Positions 23,641 through 36,868 are shown, counted from the first letter of the stretch. The stretch: DNA of 64,000 bases from Zygnema circumcarinatum SAG 698-1b (GCA_037447605.1 CM074806.1:558001-622000); one strand, 5' to 3'. Notes: a model not told the origin generated them from the sequence alone. Made by a program: numbers and translations.

Positions 23641-24035
23641 CAGGGATGGCCCGCGTTATAAAGTCCGATTACATTATATACTTTACAACGGGTTTAAAAG
23701 TAGTAATATAGTACAAAGTAAAACACTTTATTACATATATTATACCCACTCGTTTTGAACTATTAACGACCGTACGACCGTACTCATACGGTCGTACGGT
23801 CGTACCATATCAAAATTAGGTCGTTTTGGCGTTGGCGTTGCGAAATGCGTCCGTCTGGTTCACTCTGTCTGCTCGTGCCGACCGTACATCCGTACCGCAT
23901 AATACCGTGCGACCGTACGATCGTACGACTGTACATATTGTAAAGGCGTTGTAAAGTATTATATAACAGCCGTTATCTAGTCGTCACAGTTATATAATAT
24001 AATATATATTATATAGTCGTAATTAAGCCATCCCT
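23641..24035. mobile_element. hAT-family MITE, copy 2 (same family as 13268-13713)
   Basis: TIRs CAGGGATGG/CCATCCCTA; perfect 8-bp TSD GTCCTGAT at 23633-23640 and 24036-24043; internal sequence collinear with copy 1. Confidence 0.93.
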
Positions 24036-24622
24036 AGTCCTGATGCTCCTCGTGGCCCCCTGCCATAGGCCATGGTCCGCCGTCCCCTCCTCTCACGTCC
24101 GTACAGCGAGCGAGCTGGCTCAAGTTTCGTTGACCGACGCCGATTGGTCCACAGCGTGTAGCTTTCGCGTCCTCTTGCGATGTCGGTACCGTATGTAATA
24201 ACGTCGGTGGATCGAGATTCGAGACAGCCATCCGTACCAAGTACAGTTGCAGTTTCGGACGGTCTCGCATAAAATCAACGTCGAATCACCGCAAACCGCC
24301 AAATCTATTTGCCACGGGCGAAACGGTTGGTTCTGCGCATCGAGATTTATTTAGAAACTAGTCCTTTCAGATGTCGCATCCGATACCAAGTCATGAAAGG
24401 TACCGTTTGTACAGTACTAAATTCGATAAACCTTTCCTTGGGGGAATTTCAGTCACATCCAACTGTCCCAAGTCAACGTGCCCCTGCGTGTCCCTGCCCC
24501 AAGCCATGGCGGAGGGCGCCTTCCCATAGAGCAGGCCCCTCCCCTCCCCTCCCCGCCCTCTCCTCGCCTCTGGGCGCCCCCGCGTCCCGTCCCCTCCTGT
24601 CTCCGGCGGGCGCTTGGCCGCG

Positions 24623-25281
24623 ATGGCGCGCGCGCGGTCTCTTTCTCTCGCGGCGGCGCTCCTCCTCTTTGCCGCCGCCGCCGCCGCCCCGCGCGAAGCC
24701 GCCGCTCAGGCCATCGACCCGCGAGACATTGAGCTGCCGCGGCCCGCCCGCCCGCCCTCCATGGAAGAAGGGGAGAGGCGGCCTGCCCGCGGTGGGGCCT
24801 CTGTTTGTGCTTTTTGAAGCGGACCGCGGCCTCAATCCAATCCTGCACCTGCTTGCGCTTGGGCGCAGGGGACGCTTTTCTCGCTGTCAAAGCAGCTTTC
24901 AACAACGCACCACAGCTCTCCTCCTGGATAGCGAGCAACACTGACTGCAACAAATGGAGTGGGATCAAGGCGTGCGACGCAAGCAGGCGCGTTACTTTCC
25001 TGTGAGGCACACTTTGACAAAACACCACTTGTGATTTTAGAGGCTCTGCGGATTCTAAAGCTGCTGAACTGCAGGCCGAGGCTGCAGGGAAGATCTGCGG
25101 GAAGCAGCCTCCTCACAAAGCGGCTAAAAAAGGCCCTCCCGAGCAGTTATTCCACCGCCCGTGGCCATTTCTTCTTCTAACGCTCTCACTGCTAACCTGC
25201 CTTGTGCAGAGATTTAGGGTACTACGGCGTTGGAGGAAGCATATCACTTGCCATCGGTGACCTGACAAAGCTGACATCCTT
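24623..25281 (+). pseudogene. Truncated LRR receptor/extracellular LRR gene: signal peptide, LRRNT exon and one 72-nt LRR exon, followed by repeat insertions
   Basis: MARARSLSLAAALLLFAAAAAA...AQAIDPRD; exon from 24869 (DAFLAVKAAFNNAPQLSSWIASNTDCNKWSGIKAC); phase-2 72-nt exon 25210-25281 (DLGYYGVGGSISLAIGDLTKLTSL). No intact continuation found. Confidence 0.65.
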
Positions 25282-25689
25282 GTAAGGGGCTCTATCCAAT
25301 AAAGTTCCATATGAATGTGTTCCATGCATGTTTGCGATTACACAGTGGTAGGGAGGGCTCAGATGTTGGGACGTGCAAACTTAGTAGAAGCACTGAACCA
25401 CTAAGCGCCCTCGCTACCTGCAATGCATGTTCACGTTGCGGCTCGGCTGCACATGCGCACGCTCCAAGTTCAAGATGCCACGTCAGATTTACGTGGTGTA
25501 TTGAAGTTGGTCCACTCCATTCCTCGCATGCACTTGAGCATTCTTTCCAAGTGATTTTTGTATTTTGCTGGAAATATCGGCCAGACTGGTGAAGCCGTGA
25601 AGCCCTTATTCTTTATACCTGGCAGATACTTGCGTAATAATTCCCTAACTAGGTCTATCCCGGATTTTATCGGCAACCATGCGAAGCTA

Positions 25690-27430
25690 AAATCAATAGG
25701 CTGCGGATCAAGATCCTCGTGCATTGCCTTTTTATAGAAATGTCTTCAAACCTTAATTATGTGAAGTGATCTGAAACAAAAACTGATCAAACACATAAAC
25801 TGTCGAACATTGTGTTATGTTCAGTTGCGCGAGGGGCGATTTAGATTTCTAATTAGCGGAATTCGAAATCGGTTATCGCTTTTGATTGGAAATTGGTTAT
25901 TGTTTATAATTGGAAACCGCTTATTGCTAATGATTGGAAACCGATCATCGGGATTTCAATTTCAAGTCTTTTCAGGTTTTCTAAGTTTTTAATGTCCGTA
26001 CATGATACGGTAGCGAGGTTTCGTCAGTCTTCGACAGCTTGGTTTAGGCCGTACGCTATAGCGGATAGCGGGGTTTCCCGCGGGGTTTGTCGGCCTTCCC
26101 AGTCGGGCAGATTTCAAAAAGGATTAAAAACGGAAAATGCTTTTTTCACACCTTTTGGAATAGATACCCACCTTCCATCGGCAAATTTTATTTTTGCGAA
26201 ACAAGGAAAATGATAACTCGTCACCCTATTTTGAATATCCCGCCTATCTGAATTTTTTTTCATGCGTGCGATCAATCGCAGCTGTCAATTCCCTTGCAGA
26301 TCGCAACACGGCAGATCATTATTTAATCAACAACCAAGCTCAGTCACAGCGAATGGCACGTGCCCACGTATTCTGCCAAAGTTGTCTCAATAGTATGTCC
26401 GTTCAAATGTTGTACGGTCGCAACTTCAGGAACCCAAAATTTCGCATATTGAAAGCTTGGACCAATCAAAATATTCCACGTCAAAAATGTAACATGTGGC
26501 AGATGTTGATTGGCTGGGAGTTGACAACAAAACAAGATCTCGGGCCGAGGTATATGCGCTCTTGTACGTGCAATCCGGCTTTGACGGGACTCGTTGGCGC
26601 TTTCCATTCGCTGAGATCGAGCCCGGCTGCAAATCGAACGGTGATCTGCAGTGGTGCGATCTGCGAGGGGATCGACAACTACGATTGACACACACATGTG
26701 AAGGACGGACACCCGCNNNNNNNNNNGCTACATTTTTGACGTGGAATATTATGATTGGTCCAAGCTCTCAATGTGCGAAATTTTGGGTTCCTCAAGTTGC
26801 GACCGTACGACATTTGTACGGACATACTTTTGAGACGACTTTGGCGGGATACGTAGGCACGAGCCATTCGCTGTGACTGAGCCCGGCTGCAGATCAAATA
26901 GTGATCTGCCATGTTGCGATCTGCGAGGGAATTAACGGCTGCGATTGACTGCACGCGTGAAAAAAAAATCAAATAGGCGGGATATTCAAAATGGGGTGAC
27001 GGGTTATCATTTTCCTTGTTTCGCAAAAATAAAATCTGCCCTAAAAACCCTAAAAACGCTATCTGCTATACCGTATGGCCAAAACCCTGCTGTCGAATAC
27101 TGATGAAACCTCGCTACCGTATCATGTACGGACATTAAAAACTCAAAAAACTCGAAAAGGCCTGAAATTGAAATCCCAATAACCGGTTTCCAATCATTAG
27201 CGATAAGCGGTTTCCAATTATAAACAATAACCGGTTTCCAATCAAAAGCGATAACCGATTTCCAATTCCGCTAATCAGGAATCTAAATAGCCCCTCGCAC
27301 AACTGAATAGAACACAATATTCGACAGCTTATGTGTTTGATCAATTTCCGTTTCAGTTCACTTCACATAGTTAAGGTTCGAAGACATTTCTATAACAAGG
27401 CAACGCACAAGGATCTTGATCTGCAGCCTG
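25690..27430. repeat. About 1.75-kb imperfect inverted repeat (arms about 25690-26490 and 26727-27430)
   Basis: The arms read as reverse complements, as shown by near-identical ORF translations on opposite strands (25810-25992/27135-27344 and 26194+/26679-). An N gap lies near the centre. Confidence 0.85.
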
Positions 27431-27540
27431 TTGTTTTTGAGAAGCCAGAATTTTTTATGTCAGTTTTTTCTCAACCTGGTCGGTTTCACGGAATTGCTAA
27501 TTCACAAAGAAAAAAAAAAATGAGATCATTACAAAAACGA

Positions 27541-28489
27541 GGGTAGTGATATTTCCACCCCTTTTTTGGATCCAAACACCCCTTCCCAGCCGGGCAGATT
27601 TCAAAAAGGATTAAAAACGGAAAATGTGTTTTTCACTCCTTTTTGGAATCGGTACCCACCCTCCATCGGCAGATTTTATTTTTGCGAATCAAGCAAAATG
27701 TTAACCCGTCACCCCATTTTGAATATCCCGCCTACCTGAATTTATTTTCACTCGTGCGGTCAATCGCAGCCGTCGATTCCCTCGCAGATCGCAACACGGC
27801 AGATCACTATTTGATCTGCAGCCGGGCTGGGTCACAGCGAATGGCACGTGCCCACGTATCCCGCCAAAATCGCCTCAAAAGTTTATCCGTACAAATGTTG
27901 TACGGTCGTAACTTTGAGGAACCCAAAATTTCATACATTGAGAGCTTGGACCAATCAAAATTTTCCACGTCAAAAATGTAACACGTGGCAGATGTTGATT
28001 GGCTAGGTGCTAACAATGACGAGATCTCGGGCCGAGGTACGCGTGCACTCACTCGTGCGATCCGGCTTTGACAAGACTTGTGGGCGCTTTCCATTCGCTA
28101 AGATCGAGCCCGGCTGCAGGTCGAACGGTGACCTGCAATGATGCGATCTGCGAGGGAATCGACAACTGCGATTGACACACACGTGTGAAGGACGGACACC
28201 CGCGACCGATCTCGTGGTGGACAGATCTTCCACTTCGAGCGGATTCGGGCTGGCAGATATTTCTTTCCCTCAAAAAAAATTTTCAGGGAGGCGGGATACA
28301 GTATTCAAAATGTAGTGACGGGGTATCATTTTCCTTGGTTAGCAAAAATAAAATCAGCCGACGGAAAAAGGTAGGTATCGATTCCCAAAAGGTGTGAAAA
28401 AAGAATTTTCCGTTTTTAATCCCTTTTGAAATCTGCCCGGCTGGGAAGTGGTGTTTGGATCCAAAAAAGGGGTGGAAATATCACTACCC
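27541..28489. mobile_element. Non-autonomous DNA transposon with TIRs of about 200 bp (MULE-like)
   Basis: Starts GGGTAGTGATATTTCCACCCC and ends with its exact reverse complement; the TIR extends about 200 bp. No TSD recognised. The interior matches 26095-26716. Confidence 0.75.
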
Positions 28490-28971
28490 AGAAACAAACC
28501 TACAATATTTTTTCAATTTGAACACAGCATTATCGTCGGATTCCACAAGGAATTGCGGTTTCAGTTTAACGACTGTGAGCCGATCACATAAGCCTGAAAT
28601 CTCAAACCATGTTCTAAATAATAGTTTTTACTGAAACCGCCGTCAAACTGCGCTTGCATGGAACGCCGTCCTCCGCTTTGTAACCTCCGCCTACGTCTAA
28701 AGCCTAACCCTAATCCCTAAACCCTAAACCCTATTTTCTGATCCATTTCCAAAAACGGTTTGCTGCATAGAAGTGAGATGCCTCCGCCAAGCTTTTAACT
28801 TCCCACAATGCCCCATTCATGCCCCCATTTATGCCCCATTTATTTGAATATTCGATATTCCACCTCCTTCCTTCCTGTAGATTTACGCCTCTTTATTACA
28901 ACAAAAGTTCACCGCACTGCCCCTCCGCAGCTTACACCCTCCCCCTTTGCTGGAGACAAGACAATAGTACA

Positions 28972-29062
28972 TGTCAAAGTCATGAAAGTCAAGAAAGTCA
29001 ACCGAGTCAACCAAGTCAGCCCGGGTCAATGAAGTCAAGCGGGGTCAAGCTCGGTCAAGTCA
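28972..29062. repeat. 9-bp-period (A/G)GTCAA minisatellite immediately 3' of the NAT stop codon
   Basis: Seven TTGAC(C/T) copies on the minus strand; same type as 5483-5690. Confidence 0.7.
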
Positions 29063-32000
29063 TCATAGCCCGACCCACCCCCCCCGCGGCAGCAGCCGCC
29101 CGAGCCCCAGCGCGAGCTCGTAGTCCTTGACGACCGCCGGCGCGCTCCGCGCCGCGTTGCGGCCCGACCACACGTACGCGCCGCGCTCCGATTGGCGCCC
29201 GGGGACGGTCCCGTCCAGGAGGAACGCCACGAGGAACGTGACCACCATCTGCATGGACAGGACCGTGTTCGCGACCAGGTTCACCTGCACCGACAACAAC
29301 AGCAACAACAACAATGAATGACTCCTTTATGACCGAAAACATTAGCGTTTGGAATTTCCGACTCCCTCACCTCCCACCCCCCACCATCCCCTTCCCTCCC
29401 TCCCTCCCTCTCACCCTCTCTCCCTCCCTCCCCCCTCCCTCCCTCCCTCCCTCCCTCACCCCTTGGTTGCCGGTGTTGACGGGGCCGTGCCCCGCGGCTG
29501 TGGCGTAGGCCGCGAAGTAGCTCGGCACCGCGAGGCCGAGCAGCAGCGCGAGGCCCACTATGAAGAGGTTCCGCGAACTGCCCATCTCCGCGTACCGCAG
29601 CGCGGACAGCCCGAGGGCCGCCGCCAGGCCCAGGGCCGCGCACAGGAGCCCGCCGATCATGGGGGCCGGAATGGACGCCAGAAGGGCCCCCACATGACCT
29701 GCCATGGATGGCCGCACAGCGCGAGATTAGAGTCTTTAGGGGTTTTAGTGTTTTTAGGGTTTTTAGGGTTTTTAGGGTTTTAGGGTTTGTAGGGTTTGTA
29801 GGGTTTTTAGGGTTTTTAGGGTTTGTAGGGTTTTTAGGGTTTTTAGGGTTTGTAGGGTTTGTAGGGTTTTTAGGGTTTTTAGGGTTTGTAGGGTTTTTAG
29901 AGTTTGGGGACCACCTTCTACAAAAGCCCAAGCATTATCGTATTAGGTTTTAGGGTAGACCCTGTTTATATGCGGGTAAGGAGTTTGAAGACTCACCAAA
30001 TATAGAGAGGAAGATCATGAACACGGCTCCGCAGGCCACGATCATGCGGCTTCCTTTGCGAGAGGCTGCGATGAAGTGAATGTTTTCAGTGAGGGAGGTG
30101 GCCCCGGTTCCGAGTCCCCAAATGCCCGCCAAAGCGCTGCACAGGCCCTCCATTCCGAGTCCGCGGCTCACTACTCCAATGGGGGGAGGCCGCGTGGCGA
30201 CCAATGTGGCAGTTCCGTGATACGTTCCGATCTGCACAAGGAGAGGGAGCATGGAAAGTGAGCCAGTGAGTAATGCCTGCCTTGAGTAGAAATAAATATC
30301 TAGTCGTAGAGTGAGTGAGAAAATGTATGAGGTGAGGAGCCTACCGAGTCGAGCATGGAGATCAGTTGGCCCGTGAGCATGACGAGGATGCTCCTCACAT
30401 CGAATATCGGCTTCCCCCATTGGAATGGATATGGAGGTCGGATCCAAAGCACATCACTCAGGGCATGCGTGGTATCCGTTCTACAAGTCCGCATAGTGTA
30501 CACGTGCTTGGCGCACTTGTCGCTTATTGCGTCGGCAGGGCTGTCCATGTCGCACCCGTCGTAGTTGTACGCTCCTGCCTCCGTCAAAATGAACGCATAG
30601 AGCCACACAATGCCGAGCGCGAGGGGGATCTGCGCACAGCGCAAGGGGGCCATGCCATGTCAATGCAACGCTCGCATAGATAATCGCCACCGGCAGACGG
30701 GTGTTGGGAGGGGGAGGGGGCAGGGAGGGGTGGGCAAGGGGAAGGTGGGAGTGGGGAGTGGGAATGGGGGGAAGGTCAGGGGGAAAGGGGGAGGGGGAGG
30801 GGGCAGGGGGGAGGAAGAGGGGAAGGGGGGGGTGGGAAAGGGGAGTGGGGGAGGGGCAGGGGGAGGGGGAGGGGGAGGGGGAGGGGGAGGGGGAAAGGGG
30901 GAGTGGGCAGTGGGGGAGGGGGAGTGGGGATGGGGAGGGGGCAGGGGGAGGGAACAGGTGGGGGTGGGGAAGGGGAAGGTGGGAGTGGGGAGTGGGGACG
31001 GGGGAGGGGGAGCGGGAAAGGGGGGAGGGGGAGGGGGAAGGGAGAGGTGGGGAAGGGGAAGGGGGGAGTGGGGAGGGGGGGGGGGGAGGGGAGGGAGGGG
31101 GAAGGGGAAAAGGGGGACTGGGGAAGGGGGGAGGGGGAAAGGGGGGAGTGGGGAGTGGGGAGTGGGGAGTGGGGAGTGGGGAGTGGGGAGTGGGGAGGGG
31201 TGGAGTGGGGAAGGGGGGAGTGGGGATGGGGAGAGAAAGGGGAGGCGGAGCGGGGAGGAGGGAGTGGGGATGGGGAATGTGGGAGGGGGTCGACGGGATC
31301 GGCTATTCAACACGTAAAAGGGAGACAGATGCTGGAGCAATGCATGAATAGACTGCAGTCAGCAGTCAGTTGTGAGGGACAGAACGGGTGCAGAGAGGAA
31401 AAAGGAGGGGAGAAAAATTGAGGATTGGAGAAACAGACAGAAATGAGAGATAGAGAGAAAGGTGGAGGCAGAAAGATGGAAAGAGGTGGAAAAAGTAGTA
31501 GGAAAAGCGGGGAAGGAGTGCGAGGGAGATATGCCACAATTAAAGTGACGAGGGGAGGAGAGAAAACAAGATGGGGTGAGAGGGACGAGAGAGAGAGATA
31601 TGAGAGAGCGAGAGAGACAAAGACTCACTGCGTGGACTTGAAAGATCCAAGCGCCACCGACGAAAACTCGCCGTAAATGCTGCACATTCCCTCAAAACAA
31701 AGCCTCAGAACTTTTGAATAATGAAGAGAGAAAAAAGAAGAAAAGCGTTCAAGTTTGAACTTTTATTAATACTGCTGATTCTAGGTCTTCTCTTTCTCTC
31801 CTTTTTACTGACTTTGAAATGCATCTCTGCTCTTCTCTCTCGGAGACCTCTTTTCTCTTCGCCAAATGAAACTTTTCACTGTTTAACTATCACAGAAAAA
31901 GTATCTCACCAGAGCAAAAAACACCACCATGAGTAGTTGAGGAATACCGATTTCGACACATGTGCCCACCTGAAACACACAAATGGAAAAGTAATTATTA

Positions 32001-32399
32001 TTAAAAGGAGCATCTCCAAAACGGTGTTAATTTCCGTATATATAAAACACTGTGAAACCTTATGCATCGAAGCGGAGAATATGTCTCATAGATCGAAGGG
32101 TACTCACGAGAACAAAGGCCTTCGTATAGTATGCAAAACCCACAGCTGCGATGGTAGGAGCTATAACAACAGGAGAAAAGAATCTGCATGGAGAGAGAAA
32201 GAGGGTGAGAGAGAGCGAGAGGGACAGAACGGGAGAGAGTAAAAAGAAGTTCAGCAAAATAATACAATTTTCAAGGACCCCACCAACGTGCAAAGTAATA
32301 TCTTCATCAGAGTCCAGTGGCTTGATTCAAATGCAAATTTGAAACCTATCTTATTTACAAGTCTCTCTCTTCTCCACTTTCCCTTTCCTTCTTCGTTGA

Positions 32400-32430
<31 letters not shown>

Positions 32431-34106
32431 TCTCTACCTCTCCTTCTCTCTCTCTCTCCCACCCTTCCTTTTTCTTTTCTCACTCTATGAGCAGATTCGT
32501 GAAGCCCGAGTAGCCCGCCACCATTTGCACGAGTGCTGCGCAGATGACCGCTCCCATCAGGTCACGCATCGTCTCCTCAAACCGCTGCCCCTCTCACAGC
32601 TCAAGCTCACTGGTGAGGGAGGGAGGAGGGAGGGAGGGAGGGAGGGAGGGAGGAAAAAAGGGGGGTAGACTAGAGCAGGAAAGGCTGGAGAGAGAGCGAG
32701 AGACAGAAAGAGAAATAGCGAGAGGGAGGCGAGAGGGAGGTGGGGAAGAGAGGATGAAGAGAGAGAGAGTGGTCTCCTCTCCACTCACGTCTTTGTCGTT
32801 CCTTTGGATGTTGTAGGGCGCGTTTATGACCGCCATGGCCGGCACGAGAAAGGCGAAGGTGCTGCCCTGCGCGAGAGGGAGACGTGACCCGAAGAAGATG
32901 TGGAGGAGAGTGGCGATGCCGCTCACCATCATGGAGGTCGATATGAGGCGGGCCAGGTCCAGCTGCATTTGCATGCATGCATCTCGGATTGTAAGAAAAG
33001 GCAGTTCAAGAAGATATGTTTCATACATTTTGGGGGAAAAAAGGACGAGTATCGGGAAGTGCGCTTTCGGATATTCATTGTAGTCATTGTAGAGTACGTT
33101 TGGTTTTGAGTAAAAGTGATCGACTTAAGTAGGTTAGTTGGTCATTGAGGGAGGGAGGGAGGGAGAGAGGGGGAAGGGAGGGAGGGAGGGAGGGAGGGAG
33201 GGATGCGTTGATTATTGATTAGGCTGATGGTTAGTTCAACGGAAGAGTGAAGGGTTTTCAGGGCCTATGGGGCCTATATATGAATCAAAAATTTGGTCTT
33301 TAGCGTGCCTATTTTAAAAACTTGATTATTGAACTTGAAAGAAAAACCTCGCTGAAAGGAGGATTATGAAACTTACAGCATTTCCTCCCGCTGCGGGAAC
33401 AATCAAATGTGGAATCAAAATCATCGATCCTATCAGAGAGACCACGTGTTGGAGGGCGTAAAAGATAAGAAGACCTGCAAGCGGAGTGAAACAAAGTAAG
33501 ATTGTAAACCAAAAAAAATAACTAAATCAATGAAAAAAGTAAAACCCAAATGGCGCAGGAGAGCAGCCACTCTAGTTTATAATATTTTTTCCATTCCTTA
33601 ATCGGTAAAAACTTGAAAAAAAAAAAAAGGAAAAAAAACCTTACCAACAGTGGGAGTCTCCCTCAGATGGTAGAGCATTTCGTTGCCCTGCGAACTCTCC
33701 TCCAAGACAGGGTTCAGCTGGAACTTGCCCTGTTCCATGTCGTGAAAACCCGTTGGCGTCAACGGATTCTGTTCCGTGTACCCGTACGGATCCGTGTCCT
33801 GCAGCGGCCCGCTCCTCCTCCCGCTTTGTCCTGTTTCGGGGCCCAACTGTCCGCTACTTTGTCGCGAACTGGAAGCTCTCTCCATGAGAGGGAGAGAGTA
33901 GGGTCCCTCGGCCGTAGGGGTGGGAGGGAGAGGAGGGAGAGAGGAGGCAATGACACGTGGCGAAAGCTCTTTGGATCGTCCGGAACCATCTGCTTCCCCG
34001 TTGGCTGCCGAGATTCTGTCCAGGTTCGATGAATCGGCAGTGGGAGAGGGGCTCTGAGTGAAGGAATAGTGGAAGGGGAACTTCGTCTTGATGAAGGAAT
34101 TTTCAT
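29063..34106 (-). CDS. NAT12: Nucleobase-ascorbate transporter, NAT11/NAT12 clade; 5'-most exon(s) not located
   Basis: Exons encode [77 protein letters not shown], the NAT signature [34 protein letters not shown] and RGAYVWS...KDYEL. NAT11 versus NAT12 is not resolvable here. Confidence 0.9.
29735..29900. repeat. Telomere-variant array of 9-mers (TTTTTAGGG/TTTGTAGGG) in a NAT intron
   Basis: Alternating gggttttta and gggtttgta units. Confidence 0.9.
30710..31290. repeat. About 580-bp G-run-rich tract (GGGGA/GGGGAGT) in a NAT intron
   Basis: Dozens of G4-G6 runs separated by 1-3 nt. Confidence 0.85.
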
Positions 34107-36868
34107 CTGTTTTTGGGGGGGTTCCGGAGTTGGGGGAGGAGAGGGGAGGGAGAGGAGGGAGAGTGGCGGGAGAGAGAGGGTGAGAGGGAGGAGAGGGAGG
34201 GAGGACGACTTTGGGACTTCTCTTGGAGCCGCCGCTCTCTCCGGGAGAGAGAGGACTTGAGGTTGGGTTCGGCCGCTTTGCCCACGTACTGCCGCCCTGG
34301 AAAAGGAGAAATGGGAGAGGGAGAGGGAGAGGGAGTGGGAGAGGGAGAGGGAGAGGGAGAGGGAGAGGTAGAGGGAGAAATAGAGGGAAGACAGGAAGAA
34401 GTAGAGAGAGGGGGAGGGGAGAGAAGAGAAGGAAAGAGAGAAGAAAGAGGGAAAAGGTAATAGACAGGAAAGGAAAGAAGAGAGTGAGAAAGAGAGAGAG
34501 AGATAAAGGGTGGTTAACGGAGCAATCAATTTGGAAATCTGCGAAAGGCCACCGCTGCTGAAAGGGCCAAAAATGAAAATACTTTAGAAAAGAATGACAG
34601 TTTCAAGGCTGCCCCACCAAACTACGTGAGAGAATAAAACGCTCTACGAAAAATGAAAAAAAAAAAAATCCAACCCCTTTAAAGTGTAACGAAAAGAAAA
34701 AGGGGCCATGAAAGGGGCATTGCCCTAACTGTAACGGAACTGGCGTCACATAGAACCTCACAATGACTGATAAAAATGTGACCCCATTTCCAAAATTGAA
34801 ATACCTCAGGTAGGGCCCTTCCCTAAACCTTTAAAGAAAAACTAATTTAAAAAAAGATTATGTGTTATGTTTACCGCATTGGAGCCCATCGTCTCTGCTC
34901 CTCCGTTCATTAACGTCATTTTCTTTAATTTTCCGAAATTTTCGGACCAATCCTATTTACAATGCTGCCCCGGCGCCGGCCCAATAATGCCAAAAGTGAA
35001 GCTTGAGCGGGCGCGACTTTGGAACATCAAAAGGCGCTGAAACAAACCCTAAAACTTCCTTCCTCTCCACCTCTCCCTTCCCCCGTCACCCTCTCCCTCT
35101 CTCTCTCCCTCTCCCTCTCCCTCTCCCGCTCTCCCCCTTTCCTCTCCCTCTCCCTTTCCTCTCCCTCTCCGTCTCCGTCTCCCACTTCCGCCTTTCTCCC
35201 ACCTCTCTCTCCCACTCCCGCCCCCTCTTCGTCCTCTCCCAGCTCTCTCTCTCCCGTTCCCTCTCTCACCTCTCTCTCTCTCACCTCTCTCTCTCTCTCT
35301 CTCCCCCTCCCTCTTCCTAGTTCTCTCGCCCCTCTTCGTCTCCCTCTCCCTCTCTCCCTCCTACTCCCTCCTCGTTTGTCGTTTTCCCGTCCTTTTCCGA
35401 AGGGGCCGAGAGCCGTTCGCCGCCGTTGGAAGCCGTTGAGGAAAAATAAAGATTTTGAATCAAATTACTTTTCGTGTACGGAATCTTCTGCCCATCTTTC
35501 AGGCAACGGTCATATGGCACCAAAAAATATAATCAAATTTGTTTTTTTCTTCTGACTAACCGTCTTTGATTGGTTGAAAAGTTTTTCTCTAGACTGCCCG
35601 CACCCAAAAAATCATTTTGAATTGTTTCTTTTGAAATATTTCTTTCTTCGTAAAGGCGAAAAGTCTTTTTTTTTTTGAAGGACCAGTGAAGAAGTTTCTT
35701 TTTCACCGACATTTTCACCATTATGACCAGTCTCTGCCGCCCACGTCCCGCCAACTGGATAATCCTTCTCGCACCTGTCATTCTCGCACGCCATTGGCCA
35801 ATAAATTAAAAATTCTTTAAAAAATTACAAATACGTTTCCATTTTCTGTTTTTCCAATCCTGACGCCGACCCGATCGGCGGTCCGTACTTTCCACCGACA
35901 ATTGCCGGCTTTCGTCGTCAGCCGCCTGGAGTGCCACGTGGCGCCTGCTGACGCGCTCCGCACAACCCGCCTCAGATAGCGGTGACGCTGCCACTCGTCG
36001 GTCGCCAACCGGACCAAGCCGGACCAAGAATGAAAATAAAAAAGGGCAATTGCGGGCTGCCCGTGAAGTAAGAAATGTCGAAAAATTTGTCTATGGATGA
36101 AGCTGATTGGCTGCCTTTGGAAGGGATGACTGCCCGAAAGCAGAAAAAGAAGTCCTTTTTTTGGGGCAGGCTTCAGAAAATGTCGGTGGGTTTCTGCCGG
36201 CTTCTGAAATATCGGTCGTTCTAATGATTGTGCGCTGACATGCAATGACATGACATGGCCAATTGTCAACATTACCGAGTTCTACAGGTCGCAGGTTTGA
36301 CGCCTAACGGCGGCAAATTTAATTCTCGCTTTCTTGTAGTTTCACAAGCTTGGTTTGATCATTCTGGTTCCGGCGTCAGTTACAACATAGTACACGCACC
36401 TCCGCAAATTCACATAGAAACTGTCATCCCCGTCTCCACTGAACGGAGTACCAGCACTCATAGAATCCGTCACTACCTGAACATGGCTCCACTTTTAGGT
36501 TCAGAGCCATCAACCCTCTCAGCGACTTCGTAGGGTTTTAGGCTCCCTACGAAACCCTAAAATCGCGACATTTCAGAAGTACTTTCCGTAAACGTTAAAC
36601 CTTCCAAAATATTTCTGTGATTATTAATTAGCGCAACGAGATTTTCATAACTGGCACGCAGAGATCGTGGCCGCCTTATCTATGTAAAACTAACACGGAG
36701 CCTGTAGCCCGTTCATATTAACAGAACTAGACGGACATGGAAGTCCAATTTCAAAGTCTCCTTTTTTTCAAGACCTGACATTTAGACTCCCAATTTGTGA
36801 AATATTTCCTATCCTGGCCCCCTCCCCCTCCTCCCCACAGTTAATATTTTCAGATTCCATACCGTCCC

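Noticed and set aside
26194-28273. Three similar ORFs (MRNKENDN...FEYPAYL...)
   Set aside because: The similarity reflects DNA repeat copies with differing frames and stops; no protein motif recognised.
28795-28850. Possible Pol III USE (TTCCCACAATG; also ATCCCACAACC at about 54594) for a telomerase RNA or snRNA gene
   Set aside because: Poor match to RTCCCACATCG, no properly spaced TATA box, and no recognisable snRNA or template domain downstream.
34990-36533. Telobox plus CT-rich leader and short ORFs suggesting an extra plus-strand gene between NAT and PP2C
   Set aside because: No exon chain or protein motif found; may be NAT promoter or UTR sequence.
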